Positions 39,081-49,566 are shown, counted from the first letter of the stretch. The stretch is 64,000 nt of DNA from Eggerthellaceae bacterium (GCA_963651945.1 CAVJRF010000003.1:41432-105431); one strand, 5' to 3'. Program-made: numbers and translations. The notes: generated from the sequence alone by a model not told the origin.

Positions 39081-39452
39081 ATGACGATCGTTGCCGTCAC
39101 TTATGATAACGGAGAGGTCTTCCAACACTTCGGAAGGACCGAGATGTTCAAGCTGTTCGAGATCGTGGATGGAAAGATAGTATCCGAAAGAGTCATCGAT
39201 AACGGTGGTTTCGGCCACGGTTCCCTCGCGAACTATCTCAAAAGTATGGATGTCTCGGCACTCATATGCGGTGGTATCGGATCGGGTGCATTGAACATGC
39301 TCACATCACAGGGCATCAAGGTATACTCCGGAGCGACAGGCCCTGTGAATTCCGTCATCTCGAGATACATAGAAGGTAGAATGTGTGAGACCGACGGATG
39401 CACATGCGACCATCACAGCGGAGTCCACGAGTGCTCCTGCGGTAAACATTGA
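39081..39452 (+). CDS. NifB/NifX-family (dinitrogenase FeMo-cofactor-like) protein
   Basis: VFQHFGRTEMF, LICGGIG, Cys/His-rich tail. Confidence 0.88.
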   Translation: MTIVAVTYDNGEVFQHFGRTEMFKLFEIVDGKIVSERVIDNGGFGHGSLANYLKSMDVSALICGGIGSGALNMLTSQGIKVYSGATGPVNSVISRYIEGRMCETDGCTCDHHSGVHECSCGKH

Positions 39453-39458
39453 AGGGTA

Positions 39459-41270
39459 TCACCCCTTCTTCTCATCCTTCTTCGCTATGGAGACGTCGAC
39501 CTTCTTCCTCTGACGTCCGCCCGTCTTCTTCAGCTTCCCTTGACTGATCGCCCACTCGTAGTTCTCCATCTCGGGAGGGGATATCAGCACACGGTCGCCC
39601 TTACCGAACTTCCTGCCCGTGGCCCAGTTCGTGAATGAGGATAGAACACGATACTCATCCGCATCCATGACTATCTCCCTCACATTGGGGCGTCCTTTCA
39701 TCGCCGAATACGTCCCGGGGAACACCTTTATGTGCTGATCCTTGACCTCTATGACCTTGGTGCACACGGTGTCGAGGAAGTATCTGTCGTGTGTCACGGT
39801 GATCAGTGTACCATCATATTCATTCAATGCGGATTCGACCGCGTGTCTCGCGGGTATATCGAGATAGTTCGTAGGCTCATCCAGGATGAGTAGATTGGTC
39901 TCCTGCAGGAGGATCAATGACATCGCCACCCTGGCGCGTTCGCCTCCGGAGAGTGTCTTCATAGGCCTGTCGACCTGATCCCCGACCAACAGCATCCTTC
40001 CCAGGATCGCTCTTGCCTCTCCGCGTCTCTCCTTGCCGATCACCTGTAATATCTGTTCCTCTGCGGTGAGTTCGAGATCCAATCTCTCCTGATTCTGTGC
40101 ATAATAACCGATCTTGGCACCGGGGGCCAACCAGAGATCTCCTTTGGATGGTATCTTCCCCAGCAATGCCTTGATCAATGTGCTCTTACCCTGACCGTTG
40201 GAACCGAATATACCGATCTTCTCGCCCTTCTGTATATCGAGATCGATACCTTCCAGGATCGTCCTCCCGCCCAACTCGACGGATAGACCTTTCGCAGTTA
40301 TGACGTTCTTACCGGATTTGTGGGCACTTTGTATCCTTACGGTTATCTCCCTCGTATCCTCGGGTTTCTCCTTCTCCTCGATCCTGTCGATCATCTTCTG
40401 CCTGGTCTTGTGCATGGCCATGAACCATTGGTCCTTGTGCAATTCCTCGGCGATCTGTTGTTGGACCCTCTTCTGGATGGTGTATCTCCTGTACTCCTTC
40501 TCCATCCTCTCCATGTCCAACTGCTTCTTCATGATGAAATCCGAATAATTGCCCTTGTACTCCCTAGTCTTACGGTTCGCTATCTCGGTGACCCTCGTGA
40601 CCACCTTATCAAGGAAATATCTGTCATGACTGACGACCAATATCGAACACTGGGATTCGAGGATGAAATCCTCCAACAGTTCGACGGTCTCGATGTCGAG
40701 ATGGGATGTGGGCTCATCCATGAACAATATGTCGCAACCCTCGGCCTGAACGAAGATACGGGAGAGCATGACCTTCGTCCTCTCCCCTCCGGACAATAAG
40801 GACATCTCCCTGTCCACGATATCCCATGACAGACCGACCTTCCTCAGGGAACGTCTCTGATTCTCCTCGTTCTCGGAATCGGATTTTGATAACTCCTGCT
40901 CCAGATGTGCGTATTCCGTCGTCAGAGAGTTCCAATCGAGATCGCCGCCTGCGGACATCAGATCGTCGATCTCCTGCATCCTCCTGCGGAGATGCTCCAC
41001 ATGACCGTACGGGCGACCTAACACCTCGCGCACGGTCGCGGATGAGGAATCCGCGAACTGTTCGAGATAACCTATGCGATGTGTGTTGCGGATCAATTCC
41101 CCGGTATCGTATCTCTCCAATCCCAGGAGGATCTTCATGAACGTGCTCTTGCCGGCACCGTTGATCCCTATCAGGCCTATGGCGTCCCCTTCGTTGATCT
41201 GGAGATCCGCACGGTCGAGTATCCTCACCTCACCGAATGATTTGGTTATCGCCTCAGCCCTGAGAAGCAT
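39459..41270 (-). CDS. ABC-F family ATPase
   Basis: Two ABC domains (GINGAGKST/LSGGE/DEPTSHLD and GSNGQGKST/LSGGE/DEPTNYLD), VSHDRYFLD, no TM. Confidence 0.92.
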   Translation of the reverse strand: MLLRAEAITKSFGEVRILDRADLQINEGDAIGLIGINGAGKSTFMKILLGLERYDTGELIRNTHRIGYLEQFADSSSATVREVLGRPYGHVEHLRRRMQEIDDLMSAGGDLDWNSLTTEYAHLEQELSKSDSENEENQRRSLRKVGLSWDIVDREMSLLSGGERTKVMLSRIFVQAEGCDILFMDEPTSHLDIETVELLEDFILESQCSILVVSHDRYFLDKVVTRVTEIANRKTREYKGNYSDFIMKKQLDMERMEKEYRRYTIQKRVQQQIAEELHKDQWFMAMHKTRQKMIDRIEEKEKPEDTREITVRIQSAHKSGKNVITAKGLSVELGGRTILEGIDLDIQKGEKIGIFGSNGQGKSTLIKALLGKIPSKGDLWLAPGAKIGYYAQNQERLDLELTAEEQILQVIGKERRGEARAILGRMLLVGDQVDRPMKTLSGGERARVAMSLILLQETNLLILDEPTNYLDIPARHAVESALNEYDGTLITVTHDRYFLDTVCTKVIEVKDQHIKVFPGTYSAMKGRPNVREIVMDADEYRVLSSFTNWATGRKFGKGDRVLISPPEMENYEWAISQGKLKKTGGRQRKKVDVSIAKKDEKKG

Positions 41271-41531
41271 GTAAGGGGAGATACGGCTTCTCCGATAAAT
41301 GATGTGTGGACATCGTTCGATTGAGATCCGTGGTCTCTGTCGTCCATGGATCGTTGGGCGGTCCCATGGGGAGATATGTAAGATCGTTCGCTTCCGCAGT
41401 CGATCAGGATATGCATCGGATGATCGCGATATACTCGACGACGGTGGTGACCTCTCATCCGACGACCGTTCTGATGCGCTCGTCGATCGGTTCGGCGATG
41501 ATATCCTGAGAATAGGTTATTGAAAAAGGAT

Positions 41532-41557
41532 GTGACGGGGGTGTGACCCCCTGTCAC
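41532..41557 (-). terminator. Hairpin plus U-tract after the dehydrogenase gene
   Basis: gtgacggggg-tgtga-ccccctgtcac, then ccttttt on the minus strand. Confidence 0.55.
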
Positions 41558-41560
41558 CGT

Positions 41561-42787
41561 TCAGTTCTTCTTGGCGGCCGCGATGGATGCGTCCACGTAA
41601 CCCTGCCAAGCGGTCTCGAGATCCGGCCTCTGCATGGTCTCCATGATGTAGTCGGCGAACTCGTTACCGGTAGCGCCTGTGTTCCTTCCGGTCATCACGA
41701 GCTTCTTCTCGAACTGTGTACAGATATCAAGGGCCATGTTGAGCTTCTTGGCCTTCTCTATCTCTCCGATGTGCTCCATCATCATGGCGACCGCCTTGAT
41801 CATCGAGCAGGGATCTGCGTACTGCGCACGTCCCTCGGTGACCATCCTGGGTGCGGAACCGTGGATGGCCTCGAACATCGCATACCTCTTTCCGAGGTTG
41901 GCCGAACCGGCCGTACCTACACCGCCCTGGATCTGTGCGGCCTCATCCGTGATGATGTCACCGTACAGGTTGGGGAGGACGAACACCTTGAAGTCGCTCC
42001 TCCTTGCGGGGTCGATGAGCTTCGCGGTGGTGATATCGATGAACCAATCGTCCCACCTCACATCGGGGTAGTCCTTGGCGACCTTCTCTGCGATCGAGAG
42101 GAACTTACCGTCCGTGGTCTTGATGATGTTGGCCTTCGTGACGAGTGATACGTAATTCTTACCCGTCTTCTTGGCGTGCTCGAATCCGGCCCTGATGATC
42201 CTCTCGGTACCCTGTGTAGTCGCGACACAGAAGTCCATAGCGAGATCGTCCGTAACATTCACACCGTCGGAACCGAGTGCGTAGCTTCCCTCCGTGTTCT
42301 CCCTGTAGAAGACCCAATCGATACCGAGTTCCGGAACGGATACGGGCCTGACGTTGGCGAACAGATCGAGCTGTTTCCTCATGGCGACGTTGGCCGATTC
42401 GATGTTGGGCCACGGGTCACCCTTCTTGGGTGTCGTCGTCGGACCTTTGAGGATGACATGACATTTCTTCAGTTCCTCGAGCGTATCGTCGGGGATGGCC
42501 TTCATGACCTCGACACGTCTCTCGATGGTGAGACCGTCGATCTGCCTGATCTCGACCTTCCCTGCCTTGATCTTCTCTGCGAGGAGGAATTCCATGACCC
42601 TCTGTGCCGATGCACAGATGTAGGGTCCGATACCGTCACCGCCGCATACGCCGATGATGAGCTTGTCCAACTTGGAGTAGTCGATCCAATCTCCTTCTCC
42701 CTTGAGTACATCGACCCTCTCGAGCTGTCTCCTGAGGAGCTCTCCGAATCTCTCCTGGGCCACCTTGATTGCCTGTTCGTCGACCAT
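41561..42787 (-). CDS. Isocitrate/isopropylmalate dehydrogenase family protein
   Basis: GDGIGP, LKGPTTTP, SANVAMR, RENTEG, NLYGDIITD, FEAIHGSAP. Confidence 0.92.
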   Translation of the reverse strand: MVDEQAIKVAQERFGELLRRQLERVDVLKGEGDWIDYSKLDKLIIGVCGGDGIGPYICASAQRVMEFLLAEKIKAGKVEIRQIDGLTIERRVEVMKAIPDDTLEELKKCHVILKGPTTTPKKGDPWPNIESANVAMRKQLDLFANVRPVSVPELGIDWVFYRENTEGSYALGSDGVNVTDDLAMDFCVATTQGTERIIRAGFEHAKKTGKNYVSLVTKANIIKTTDGKFLSIAEKVAKDYPDVRWDDWFIDITTAKLIDPARRSDFKVFVLPNLYGDIITDEAAQIQGGVGTAGSANLGKRYAMFEAIHGSAPRMVTEGRAQYADPCSMIKAVAMMMEHIGEIEKAKKLNMALDICTQFEKKLVMTGRNTGATGNEFADYIMETMQRPDLETAWQGYVDASIAAAKKN

Positions 42788-42883
42788 GATATACCTTATC
42801 GGATGGATGAATGCGATAGTATTAAAGCAAAACGATTGGACGCTGGGATTGGGATTTATACCACACCGCCCATATCACGGCAC

Positions 42884-43591
42884 ATGGATGATGACGTCCG
42901 TCTGAACAAGTACATCGCAGATTCGGGTCATTGTTCCCGTCGCGAGGCCGACCGTCTCATAGAGGCAGGCAAGGTTACCGTCAACGGACGTATCGCGGAG
43001 ATGGGCGAGAGGGTCACCTCCAAGGACAAGATATTCATCGATGGTAAGAGGATCGTACGCGACGAGGAGACCATACTGTTGATATTCAACAAGCCTCCGG
43101 GCATCACGTGCACCACGGCGGAGGATGACGAGACCAATGTCGTGAAGTATCTCGACTATCCGAAGCGCATCTACCCCATCGGAAGATTGGACAAGTACTC
43201 CGAGGGATTGTTATTGATGACGAATAAGGGCGAATTGGTCAACGGCATCATGAGGTCGAGATACGGACACGAGAAGGAGTACATCGTGACCGTGGACAGA
43301 CCCGTCACGGAGGATCTCCTGAGGAAGCTCACCGGCGGTATGCAGCTGAGCGAGGACGAGTATGCGAAACCATGCTTCGCGGAGAAGACCGCACGCAACA
43401 AGTTCAGGATGATCATCACACAGGGCCTCAACAGACAGATCAGGAGGATGTGCGAGAACGTCGGTTGTCGCGTGACCAAACTCAAACGCGTACGCATAAT
43501 CGATATCGAGCTCGGAGACCTTCCCGTCGGGGAGTACCGTAAGGCCACACCGAAGGAGCTCAAGAGCGTCCTTTCCAGGATCGATGAATGA
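42884..43591 (+). CDS. RsuA/RluF-family rRNA pseudouridine synthase with S4 domain
   Basis: VRLNKYIADSGHCSRREAD, FNKPPG, IGRLDKYSEGLLL, QGLNRQIRRM. Start at MDDDV. Confidence 0.92.
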   Translation: MDDDVRLNKYIADSGHCSRREADRLIEAGKVTVNGRIAEMGERVTSKDKIFIDGKRIVRDEETILLIFNKPPGITCTTAEDDETNVVKYLDYPKRIYPIGRLDKYSEGLLLMTNKGELVNGIMRSRYGHEKEYIVTVDRPVTEDLLRKLTGGMQLSEDEYAKPCFAEKTARNKFRMIITQGLNRQIRRMCENVGCRVTKLKRVRIIDIELGDLPVGEYRKATPKELKSVLSRIDE

Positions 43592-43600
43592 ACTACCCCA

Positions 43601-44860
43601 ATGCATTTTATCGATGATCCCGATACTATCGATATGGCGTGGACCACCTACTATTGCCCGGATTGTGGGAAGAAATGTACCAACTTGACAAAGAACAGGA
43701 AGGCCGAAGGCAATATCATAGAATGCCCGGATTGTGGCAGATACACGATCGAATGTGATAATGGCAGATTCTTCATCGCAGGGGACAAGCGCATACCGTA
43801 TCTGCCGAACGTCCAATCGGTCGACGTCACAAAACATTACAGGCTCGACAAAGATGATCTGAAGAATCTGAAGGATTACAAAGAGGCGCTCAAATGTGCA
43901 CACTCGGCATATGATCTCTGTATAGAACATCTCGAATACTTTCCGTTAGCGATGGAGATAAGAGATAGGATATGCGACCTGTGCAGAGATGGTGTCGCCA
44001 AAGGATTCGATCTCAGGAACGAACTGATGGAGAACCTGGCACCCCTCTCATTCTTCGGAGATAAGAGAGTGTTGATGGAGGGTATCGAAACCGCCAAGGA
44101 TATTGGAACGATAACAAGGGATGTCCACATCCTGATGGATTCTGTTTTCTTGTTCAAATACTACGATGAGCTTGAAGGACTCTGCAAAGTATTGTCAGAG
44201 AATTACTCGCCCAAACGTGATGACGACATCCCACCGATCATCGAATATTATCTGCGTATGATGTATGATGCTTCATTGAGTGAAGATAGATACATCGCCA
44301 TCGCAGAGAAGGCCGTCAAGGAATCCAGGCATTACATGGAAGGGAACGTGAACTGGAAACTCGTCGAATCGATAGAGGTGATCTGCATCAATTATCTTGA
44401 TGTCTGCGATGACGATCTCAAGAGGGAACGGGTATTCGCCGACCTACGCTCCTTCACGGAGAGGAATGCGATGGTCAACCCCGTCAGCTATTGCGAGGTC
44501 TTGAACTACGGGTACAGAAACGGCCTTTGCGCGAGAGAGGATCTCGATAGGGTGGAGGAGATATACAAGAAGACCAACGATCGTGATTGTATGACACTGT
44601 ATCTTGAATCCATCTTCCTCAAGGCATATGACGACGAGAGCCAGATCGAAAAAGGATTCGATTTCGTCACCGAACATGGAGAGGACGTCCCATATAGTGT
44701 GTACATGACTGTCATCTTGGAATATTGCGAATACGTTGCAGATGACCCTGTCAGATATAAGGCCGCGATGAAAAAGATCAGGAAGAACGGCGTGACGAAG
44801 AAGGATATCGACGAATGGAAGAAGCAGAACGAAATCTGGTATGATCATGGGGATCCCTGA
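43601..44860 (+). CDS. Hypothetical protein with N-terminal Zn ribbon and helical acidic body
   Basis: 419-aa ORF filling the gap between genes, with CPDC...CPDC. Confidence 0.7.
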   Translation: MHFIDDPDTIDMAWTTYYCPDCGKKCTNLTKNRKAEGNIIECPDCGRYTIECDNGRFFIAGDKRIPYLPNVQSVDVTKHYRLDKDDLKNLKDYKEALKCAHSAYDLCIEHLEYFPLAMEIRDRICDLCRDGVAKGFDLRNELMENLAPLSFFGDKRVLMEGIETAKDIGTITRDVHILMDSVFLFKYYDELEGLCKVLSENYSPKRDDDIPPIIEYYLRMMYDASLSEDRYIAIAEKAVKESRHYMEGNVNWKLVESIEVICINYLDVCDDDLKRERVFADLRSFTERNAMVNPVSYCEVLNYGYRNGLCAREDLDRVEEIYKKTNDRDCMTLYLESIFLKAYDDESQIEKGFDFVTEHGEDVPYSVYMTVILEYCEYVADDPVRYKAAMKKIRKNGVTKKDIDEWKKQNEIWYDHGDP

Positions 44861-44948
44861 TCCCTCATCAGATGTAGATCGAGATGTCGGATAAGACAAA
44901 GGATAAGTACGCATCAAAGATACATACAATCCAACAGGGGACCGTGCG

Positions 44949-46262
44949 ATGAGCATCAGAGACGACGTCATCAAGGCAAAGGAGGTGGCCACATCATTGG
45001 CCGCCTTGGATACCGATGTGAAGAACAGAGCATTGCAGACGATGATCGAAGCCCTCGACGGGAACCGTGATGCGATCCTCTCGTCCAATTCGAGGGATGT
45101 CGAGGATGCGGAGAGGATGGAGGCATCCGGCGAACTCTCTAAGGCCATGGTGAAGAGACTGAAGGTCGACGATGACAAGATCTCCGGCATGATCGCCGGG
45201 ATCGAGGATGTCATCAACCTCCCTGACCCCGTGGGAAGGACCATCTCCACCAAGGAGTTGGATGATGACCTCGTACTCTATCAGATCTCATGCCCGATCG
45301 GTACCATCGGTACCATATTCGAATCACGTCCCGATGTTGTCCCGCAGATAATGTCGCTCTGTCTCAAATCGGGGAACACCGTTGTGTTCAAGGGCGGTCG
45401 CGAGGCATCGAGGACCAATATGGCATTATTCGACATACTCACCAAAGCGGCATACTCCGCAGGTATCCCCGAAGGTGCGTTCGTATTGATGGAGAAGAGG
45501 GAGGATGTCAACGAGATCCTGAGCATGGATCAATACATCGATCTCCTCATCCCGAGAGGCTCCAACTCGTTCGTACAGTACATCAAGGAGAACACCAAGA
45601 TACCTGTCCTGGGACATGCCGCAGGAATATGTCACATATACGTGGATGATTCCGCGGACATCGGGATCGCACTGAAGGTCGCCTTGGATTCCAAGGTACA
45701 GTATCCCGCTGTGTGCAACGCGGTCGAGACGTTATTGGTGGACTCGAAGATAGCACCGACGTTCCTTCCGAGCATGGATGAGATCTATCACGACAACAAC
45801 GTCGAGATGAGGGCGGATGAACGTGCCATCGAACTCATGGGACACGCCGTGAAGGCCGAGGATGAGGATTGGGATACGGAATACGGCGACCTCATAATAT
45901 CAGTCAAGATAGTGGATGGTATCGATGATGCCATATCATTCATCAACAGACATGGTTCGCACCATACCGATGCGATCATCTCGAAGGACAGAGAGAACAT
46001 ATCGAGATTCATAAAGAACGTGGATTCGGCAGATGTATTCGTCAACGCATCCACCAGATTCGCCGACGGATACAGATTCGGCAAGGGTGCCGAGGTCGGT
46101 ATCAGCACGAACAAGATACACTCCAGAGGGCCTGTCGGCATGGAAGGTCTGATGATCTACAAGTACGTCCTCATAGGGGATGGACAGGTCGTGAAGGATT
46201 ACGTCGGCAAGGATGCCAAGCACTTCACCCACAAGGATATCGACAGGGAGCTGGAACTATGA
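44949..46262 (+). CDS. proA: Gamma-glutamyl phosphate reductase
   Basis: FESRPDV, PRGSN, CNAVETLL, NASTRFADG, GISTNKIHSRGPVG. Confidence 0.97.
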   Translation: MSIRDDVIKAKEVATSLAALDTDVKNRALQTMIEALDGNRDAILSSNSRDVEDAERMEASGELSKAMVKRLKVDDDKISGMIAGIEDVINLPDPVGRTISTKELDDDLVLYQISCPIGTIGTIFESRPDVVPQIMSLCLKSGNTVVFKGGREASRTNMALFDILTKAAYSAGIPEGAFVLMEKREDVNEILSMDQYIDLLIPRGSNSFVQYIKENTKIPVLGHAAGICHIYVDDSADIGIALKVALDSKVQYPAVCNAVETLLVDSKIAPTFLPSMDEIYHDNNVEMRADERAIELMGHAVKAEDEDWDTEYGDLIISVKIVDGIDDAISFINRHGSHHTDAIISKDRENISRFIKNVDSADVFVNASTRFADGYRFGKGAEVGISTNKIHSRGPVGMEGLMIYKYVLIGDGQVVKDYVGKDAKHFTHKDIDRELEL

Positions 46263-47377
46263 GCCGCAGGGAGATGTTGAAGGATGTCGATACCGTTGTG
46301 ATCAAGGTAGGTACATCCTCCATCACCGGCGGTGGTAACAAGGTGTTCGACGGATTCATGGACTCCGTCGTGGATCAGGTCAAAAGACTGAAGGACATGG
46401 GCAAGAAGGTTCTGATCGTATCATCCGGTGCTATAGGTGTCGGTCTTGCCGCCATGAACGCCAAACCCAAACCAAAGGAGGTGCCGATAAGACAGGCGGC
46501 CGCATCCGTCGGTCAGGGCATCCTGATGCAGAAATGGAACGATAGTTTCCAGAAACAGGGATTGCTGGTGTCACAGATCCTCCTGACATACGATTTCTAC
46601 TCCGATCGCGAGAAATACCTCAACCTGAGGAATGCGATACAGACCTTGCTACAGTATGATGTCGTACCGATAATCAACGAGAACGATGTCATATGCATCA
46701 GGGAGATCGATGCCGTCTTCGGTGATAATGATACGTTATCCGCATACGTCTGTAGCAAGATGGATGCCGATCTGCTGATCATATTGTCTGATGTGGACGG
46801 CCTGTACGACAAGAACCCGAAGATATACCCAGATGCCAAGATAATCCACACGGTCACCGACGTATCGTCCGTGAGGCACATGGCAGGCGATGCCACCTCC
46901 AGGGTCGGTACCGGCGGTATGAAGACCAAGCTGAATGCGGCGGAGATATGCAGCGAGGCAGGCTGTAACATGATAATCGCATCGAGCAACGAACCCGATG
47001 CCATCGTAAGGGCCGTATCGGGTGACGAGGTAGGTACGATCTTCCTCGCAGGCGAGAAGGAGAGGAAGAAATCGCGTTGGATCAGAGAGGCCCACGCCAA
47101 AGGTACGCTCATCGTGGACAGCGGTGCGGCCGAGAAGATCTGCAAAGGCGACGTGAGTCTCCTGGCAGTAGGTGTGAAGGATGTCATCGGAAGGTTCGAG
47201 AGAGGGGATGTGGTGAACATCGAATGCTCCGGCAGGATAATCGCCAAAGGCATCCCCGATTACGATTCGGAGGAGATCTTCAGGATACGTGGTATCCGTT
47301 CCGACAGGATAGAGGCCGTCCTCGGACATAAATCATATGATGATGTGATCAGGAGCGAGAATCTCGCCCTGTTGTGA
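46259..47377 (+). CDS. proB: Glutamate 5-kinase with PUA domain
   Basis: IKVGTSS, VSSGAI, INEND, GDNDTLSA, GTGGMKTK. Confidence 0.97.
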   Translation: MSRREMLKDVDTVVIKVGTSSITGGGNKVFDGFMDSVVDQVKRLKDMGKKVLIVSSGAIGVGLAAMNAKPKPKEVPIRQAAASVGQGILMQKWNDSFQKQGLLVSQILLTYDFYSDREKYLNLRNAIQTLLQYDVVPIINENDVICIREIDAVFGDNDTLSAYVCSKMDADLLIILSDVDGLYDKNPKIYPDAKIIHTVTDVSSVRHMAGDATSRVGTGGMKTKLNAAEICSEAGCNMIIASSNEPDAIVRAVSGDEVGTIFLAGEKERKKSRWIREAHAKGTLIVDSGAAEKICKGDVSLLAVGVKDVIGRFERGDVVNIECSGRIIAKGIPDYDSEEIFRIRGIRSDRIEAVLGHKSYDDVIRSENLALL

Positions 47378-48094
47378 TCACTTCTTGTAGAAAGGACATC
47401 TGCCCTTCACACATTCATCGTTCCTATCGGAGAATGTACATACGATGTCGCGTGTGACATCCATCTCCACTCCCAGCTTCTCCTTCACATAATCGACGGT
47501 CTCGATGATCGAGATGAACGAGTTCCTCTTGCAGCACCTGGGGCCGTCTATCGATGATATCTTACCGAGACAGTTGGACACGAGCCTGTTGGTATCGCTC
47601 CACGAACCCTCGCTGTGGGGTGTGGTACCTGTGACTATCGAATAGAATATGCCGCAGGATGCGGATGCACCGCACGTACCGCAGAGACCGCATATCCCTC
47701 CGGGGAACCATGATCCCCTCTTCTGTGCGTCCCTCAATGCGGAATCGATATCGATCTCCCCTCCGCTGTTCCTGTATGCGGCAATCAGAGCGGATGCCAC
47801 CATCGTATGATGCTCCTGATCGTGCATCCTTATGTTGTCATCCCCCATCAGGCCCATGGCTATCTCGATGGGATCCTTTGATGTCGTCTCGGAGCACACA
47901 TCCATTATCCTCCTATTGGCGGCCTTCCTCCTGCAGGCATCGCAGACATAGTGTCCGTTCTCGCAGACCTCCCTGTCCATGGCCTCCTTACCGCATCTCA
48001 TGCAGGTCCTGTTCTCCAATAAGGAGAGGGTGACCTTCCCGCCGCATTCCGGACAGCGCACATCGAGATCGTTCCTTATCGACGACATGGTCAT
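47378..48094 (-). CDS. Cys-rich DUF5714-like protein
   Basis: CPECG, CMRCG, CENGHYVCDAC, HDQEHH, GGICGLCGTCGA, GPRCCKR, C.F...N.EC....CPF. ATG overlaps the ArsR stop. Confidence 0.8.
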   Translation of the reverse strand: MTMSSIRNDLDVRCPECGGKVTLSLLENRTCMRCGKEAMDREVCENGHYVCDACRRKAANRRIMDVCSETTSKDPIEIAMGLMGDDNIRMHDQEHHTMVASALIAAYRNSGGEIDIDSALRDAQKRGSWFPGGICGLCGTCGASASCGIFYSIVTGTTPHSEGSWSDTNRLVSNCLGKISSIDGPRCCKRNSFISIIETVDYVKEKLGVEMDVTRDIVCTFSDRNDECVKGRCPFYKK

Positions 48095-48387
48095 CAGCAA
48101 CACTTCGGCGGAGAGCATTTGTTCAACATCAGTTCGAAGAATCCGGTCAATATCGCCACCTGCTTCGGATCCAGGTTGTATTCGAACCTATCTTCCTCAT
48201 CGCATGCCACGAGCAATCCCGCATCCTCGAGGATCGCTGCCTGTTCCCTGACGGTATCGATATCCATACCGGTCATCTCGGACAGTTTCCTGTCATCCCT
48301 ATCGCAATCGGCCAACAATTCAAAGATCTTCAGACGCCTCTCGTCGGCGAGGGCCGATATCATCTTCACGGTATCCTTCGAGGACAT
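48094..48387 (-). CDS. ArsR/SmtB-family regulator with C-terminal Cys cluster
   Basis: ALADERRLKIFELL...ILEDAGLL, ending KCSPPKCC. Confidence 0.8.
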   Translation of the reverse strand: MSSKDTVKMISALADERRLKIFELLADCDRDDRKLSEMTGMDIDTVREQAAILEDAGLLVACDEEDRFEYNLDPKQVAILTGFFELMLNKCSPPKCC

Positions 48388-48444
48388 ATGCCGTAGAACG
48401 ATGAAGGGATATTTCCCACCTATGCTTGATCACAGAAACAAGAG

Positions 48445-48520
48445 TGGTGGGCCCGTCCAGATTTGAACTGGAGTTACTTACACCCCAAGCAAGAAGGATA
48501 CCAAGCTACCCCACGGGCCC
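48445..48520 (-). tRNA. tRNA-Pro(GGG), CCA encoded
   Basis: GGGCCCG...cttgc-ttGGGgt-gtaag...GTTCAAAT...CGGGCCCACCA cloverleaf. Confidence 0.93.
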
Positions 48521-48659
48521 ACATATAAACGGTTTGTTGGACACACCTAATACGCAGTGGTATTTGTACCTTTACACAGACCGGTACGACGGCAGGGATA
48601 CCAGTATACAAAAGAGAGATAACGTGGTCAGGCATTGTCACGGATGACGAGGGTATCGG

Positions 48660-49460
48660 ATGGAACGGATGAGGTTGTCGATGGTCTGTATGCATTCCGT
48701 GGTGGGAATGATCGATGATAATCTTGAGAGGATGATAGAACATATCGAACAACTCTCCTCCGAGGGTTCCGATCTGATATGCTTCCCCGAGCTCTCCCTC
48801 ACGGGTTATTCGTCACGTTCCAGTACAAGATATGCGATGTCGCTCGACGATCCCGTTGTGCAGAGGTTAATCGATACCGCCAAGGACGATGATGTTACGA
48901 TCTGTTTCGGCCTTGTAGAAGAAGGAGCATACATCACACAGGTCATCACCGAGAAAGGAAGGATATGCGGTACGTACAGGAAGACCCATCTCGGCGAGAG
49001 GGAACGGAATGAGTTCCTCGCAGGCTCGTCGTTCCCTGTCATCAGGACATCCAAAGCGGATATCGGCATACAGACCTGTTGGGAATCCCATTTCCCGCAG
49101 ATAACAGCCGAATATGCGAGGAAGGGCGCGGACATCATCCTGATGCCCCATGCATCCGGTCTGTCCGGAGAACGCAGAAAGGACAGTTGGAACAGGATAT
49201 TGCCTGCCAGGGCATACGACAACACGGTGTTCGTGGCATCATGCAACATGGTCGGGGATAACGGCGAAGGTACGATATTCGGAGGCGGTGCATGCATACT
49301 CGACGAACGCGGGAACACGTTGGCCGAGGACTATTCAGGCGAATGCGTCGTATCCGCTGATCTCGACCCTACGGACATGGAACGCATAAGGTCCCCCGGA
49401 TACGAGACCATGCGCGACCTGTGCTTCGTGGATAAGGTGCGTTGGGAACTGTTCAGGTGA
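48660..49460 (+). CDS. Carbon-nitrogen hydrolase (nitrilase superfamily)
   Basis: FPELSLTGY, YRKTHL, TCWESHFP (E-K-C triad), ARAYDN. Confidence 0.9.
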   Translation: MERMRLSMVCMHSVVGMIDDNLERMIEHIEQLSSEGSDLICFPELSLTGYSSRSSTRYAMSLDDPVVQRLIDTAKDDDVTICFGLVEEGAYITQVITEKGRICGTYRKTHLGERERNEFLAGSSFPVIRTSKADIGIQTCWESHFPQITAEYARKGADIILMPHASGLSGERRKDSWNRILPARAYDNTVFVASCNMVGDNGEGTIFGGGACILDERGNTLAEDYSGECVVSADLDPTDMERIRSPGYETMRDLCFVDKVRWELFR

Positions 49461-49566
49461 ACATCCTACATCATATCCGGAAGCCAGTCCATCCGCCGGA
49501 AGCGACCGTGATAATTCTAAATAGTATCTTCCTGCTAATGAGGACATCCAATACAGGTGATCCCAG

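Noticed and set aside
39081..39452. Nitrogen fixation locus
   Set aside because: A stand-alone NifB/NifX-family domain is common in non-diazotrophs, and there are no nifHDK genes here.
41299..41523. 74-aa plus-strand ORF in an intergenic gap
   Set aside because: No recognisable motif or RBS. It may be real but cannot be supported.
42176..42883. N-terminal extension of the 471-aa ORF
   Set aside because: It is antisense to the dehydrogenase gene. The real protein starts at 42884.
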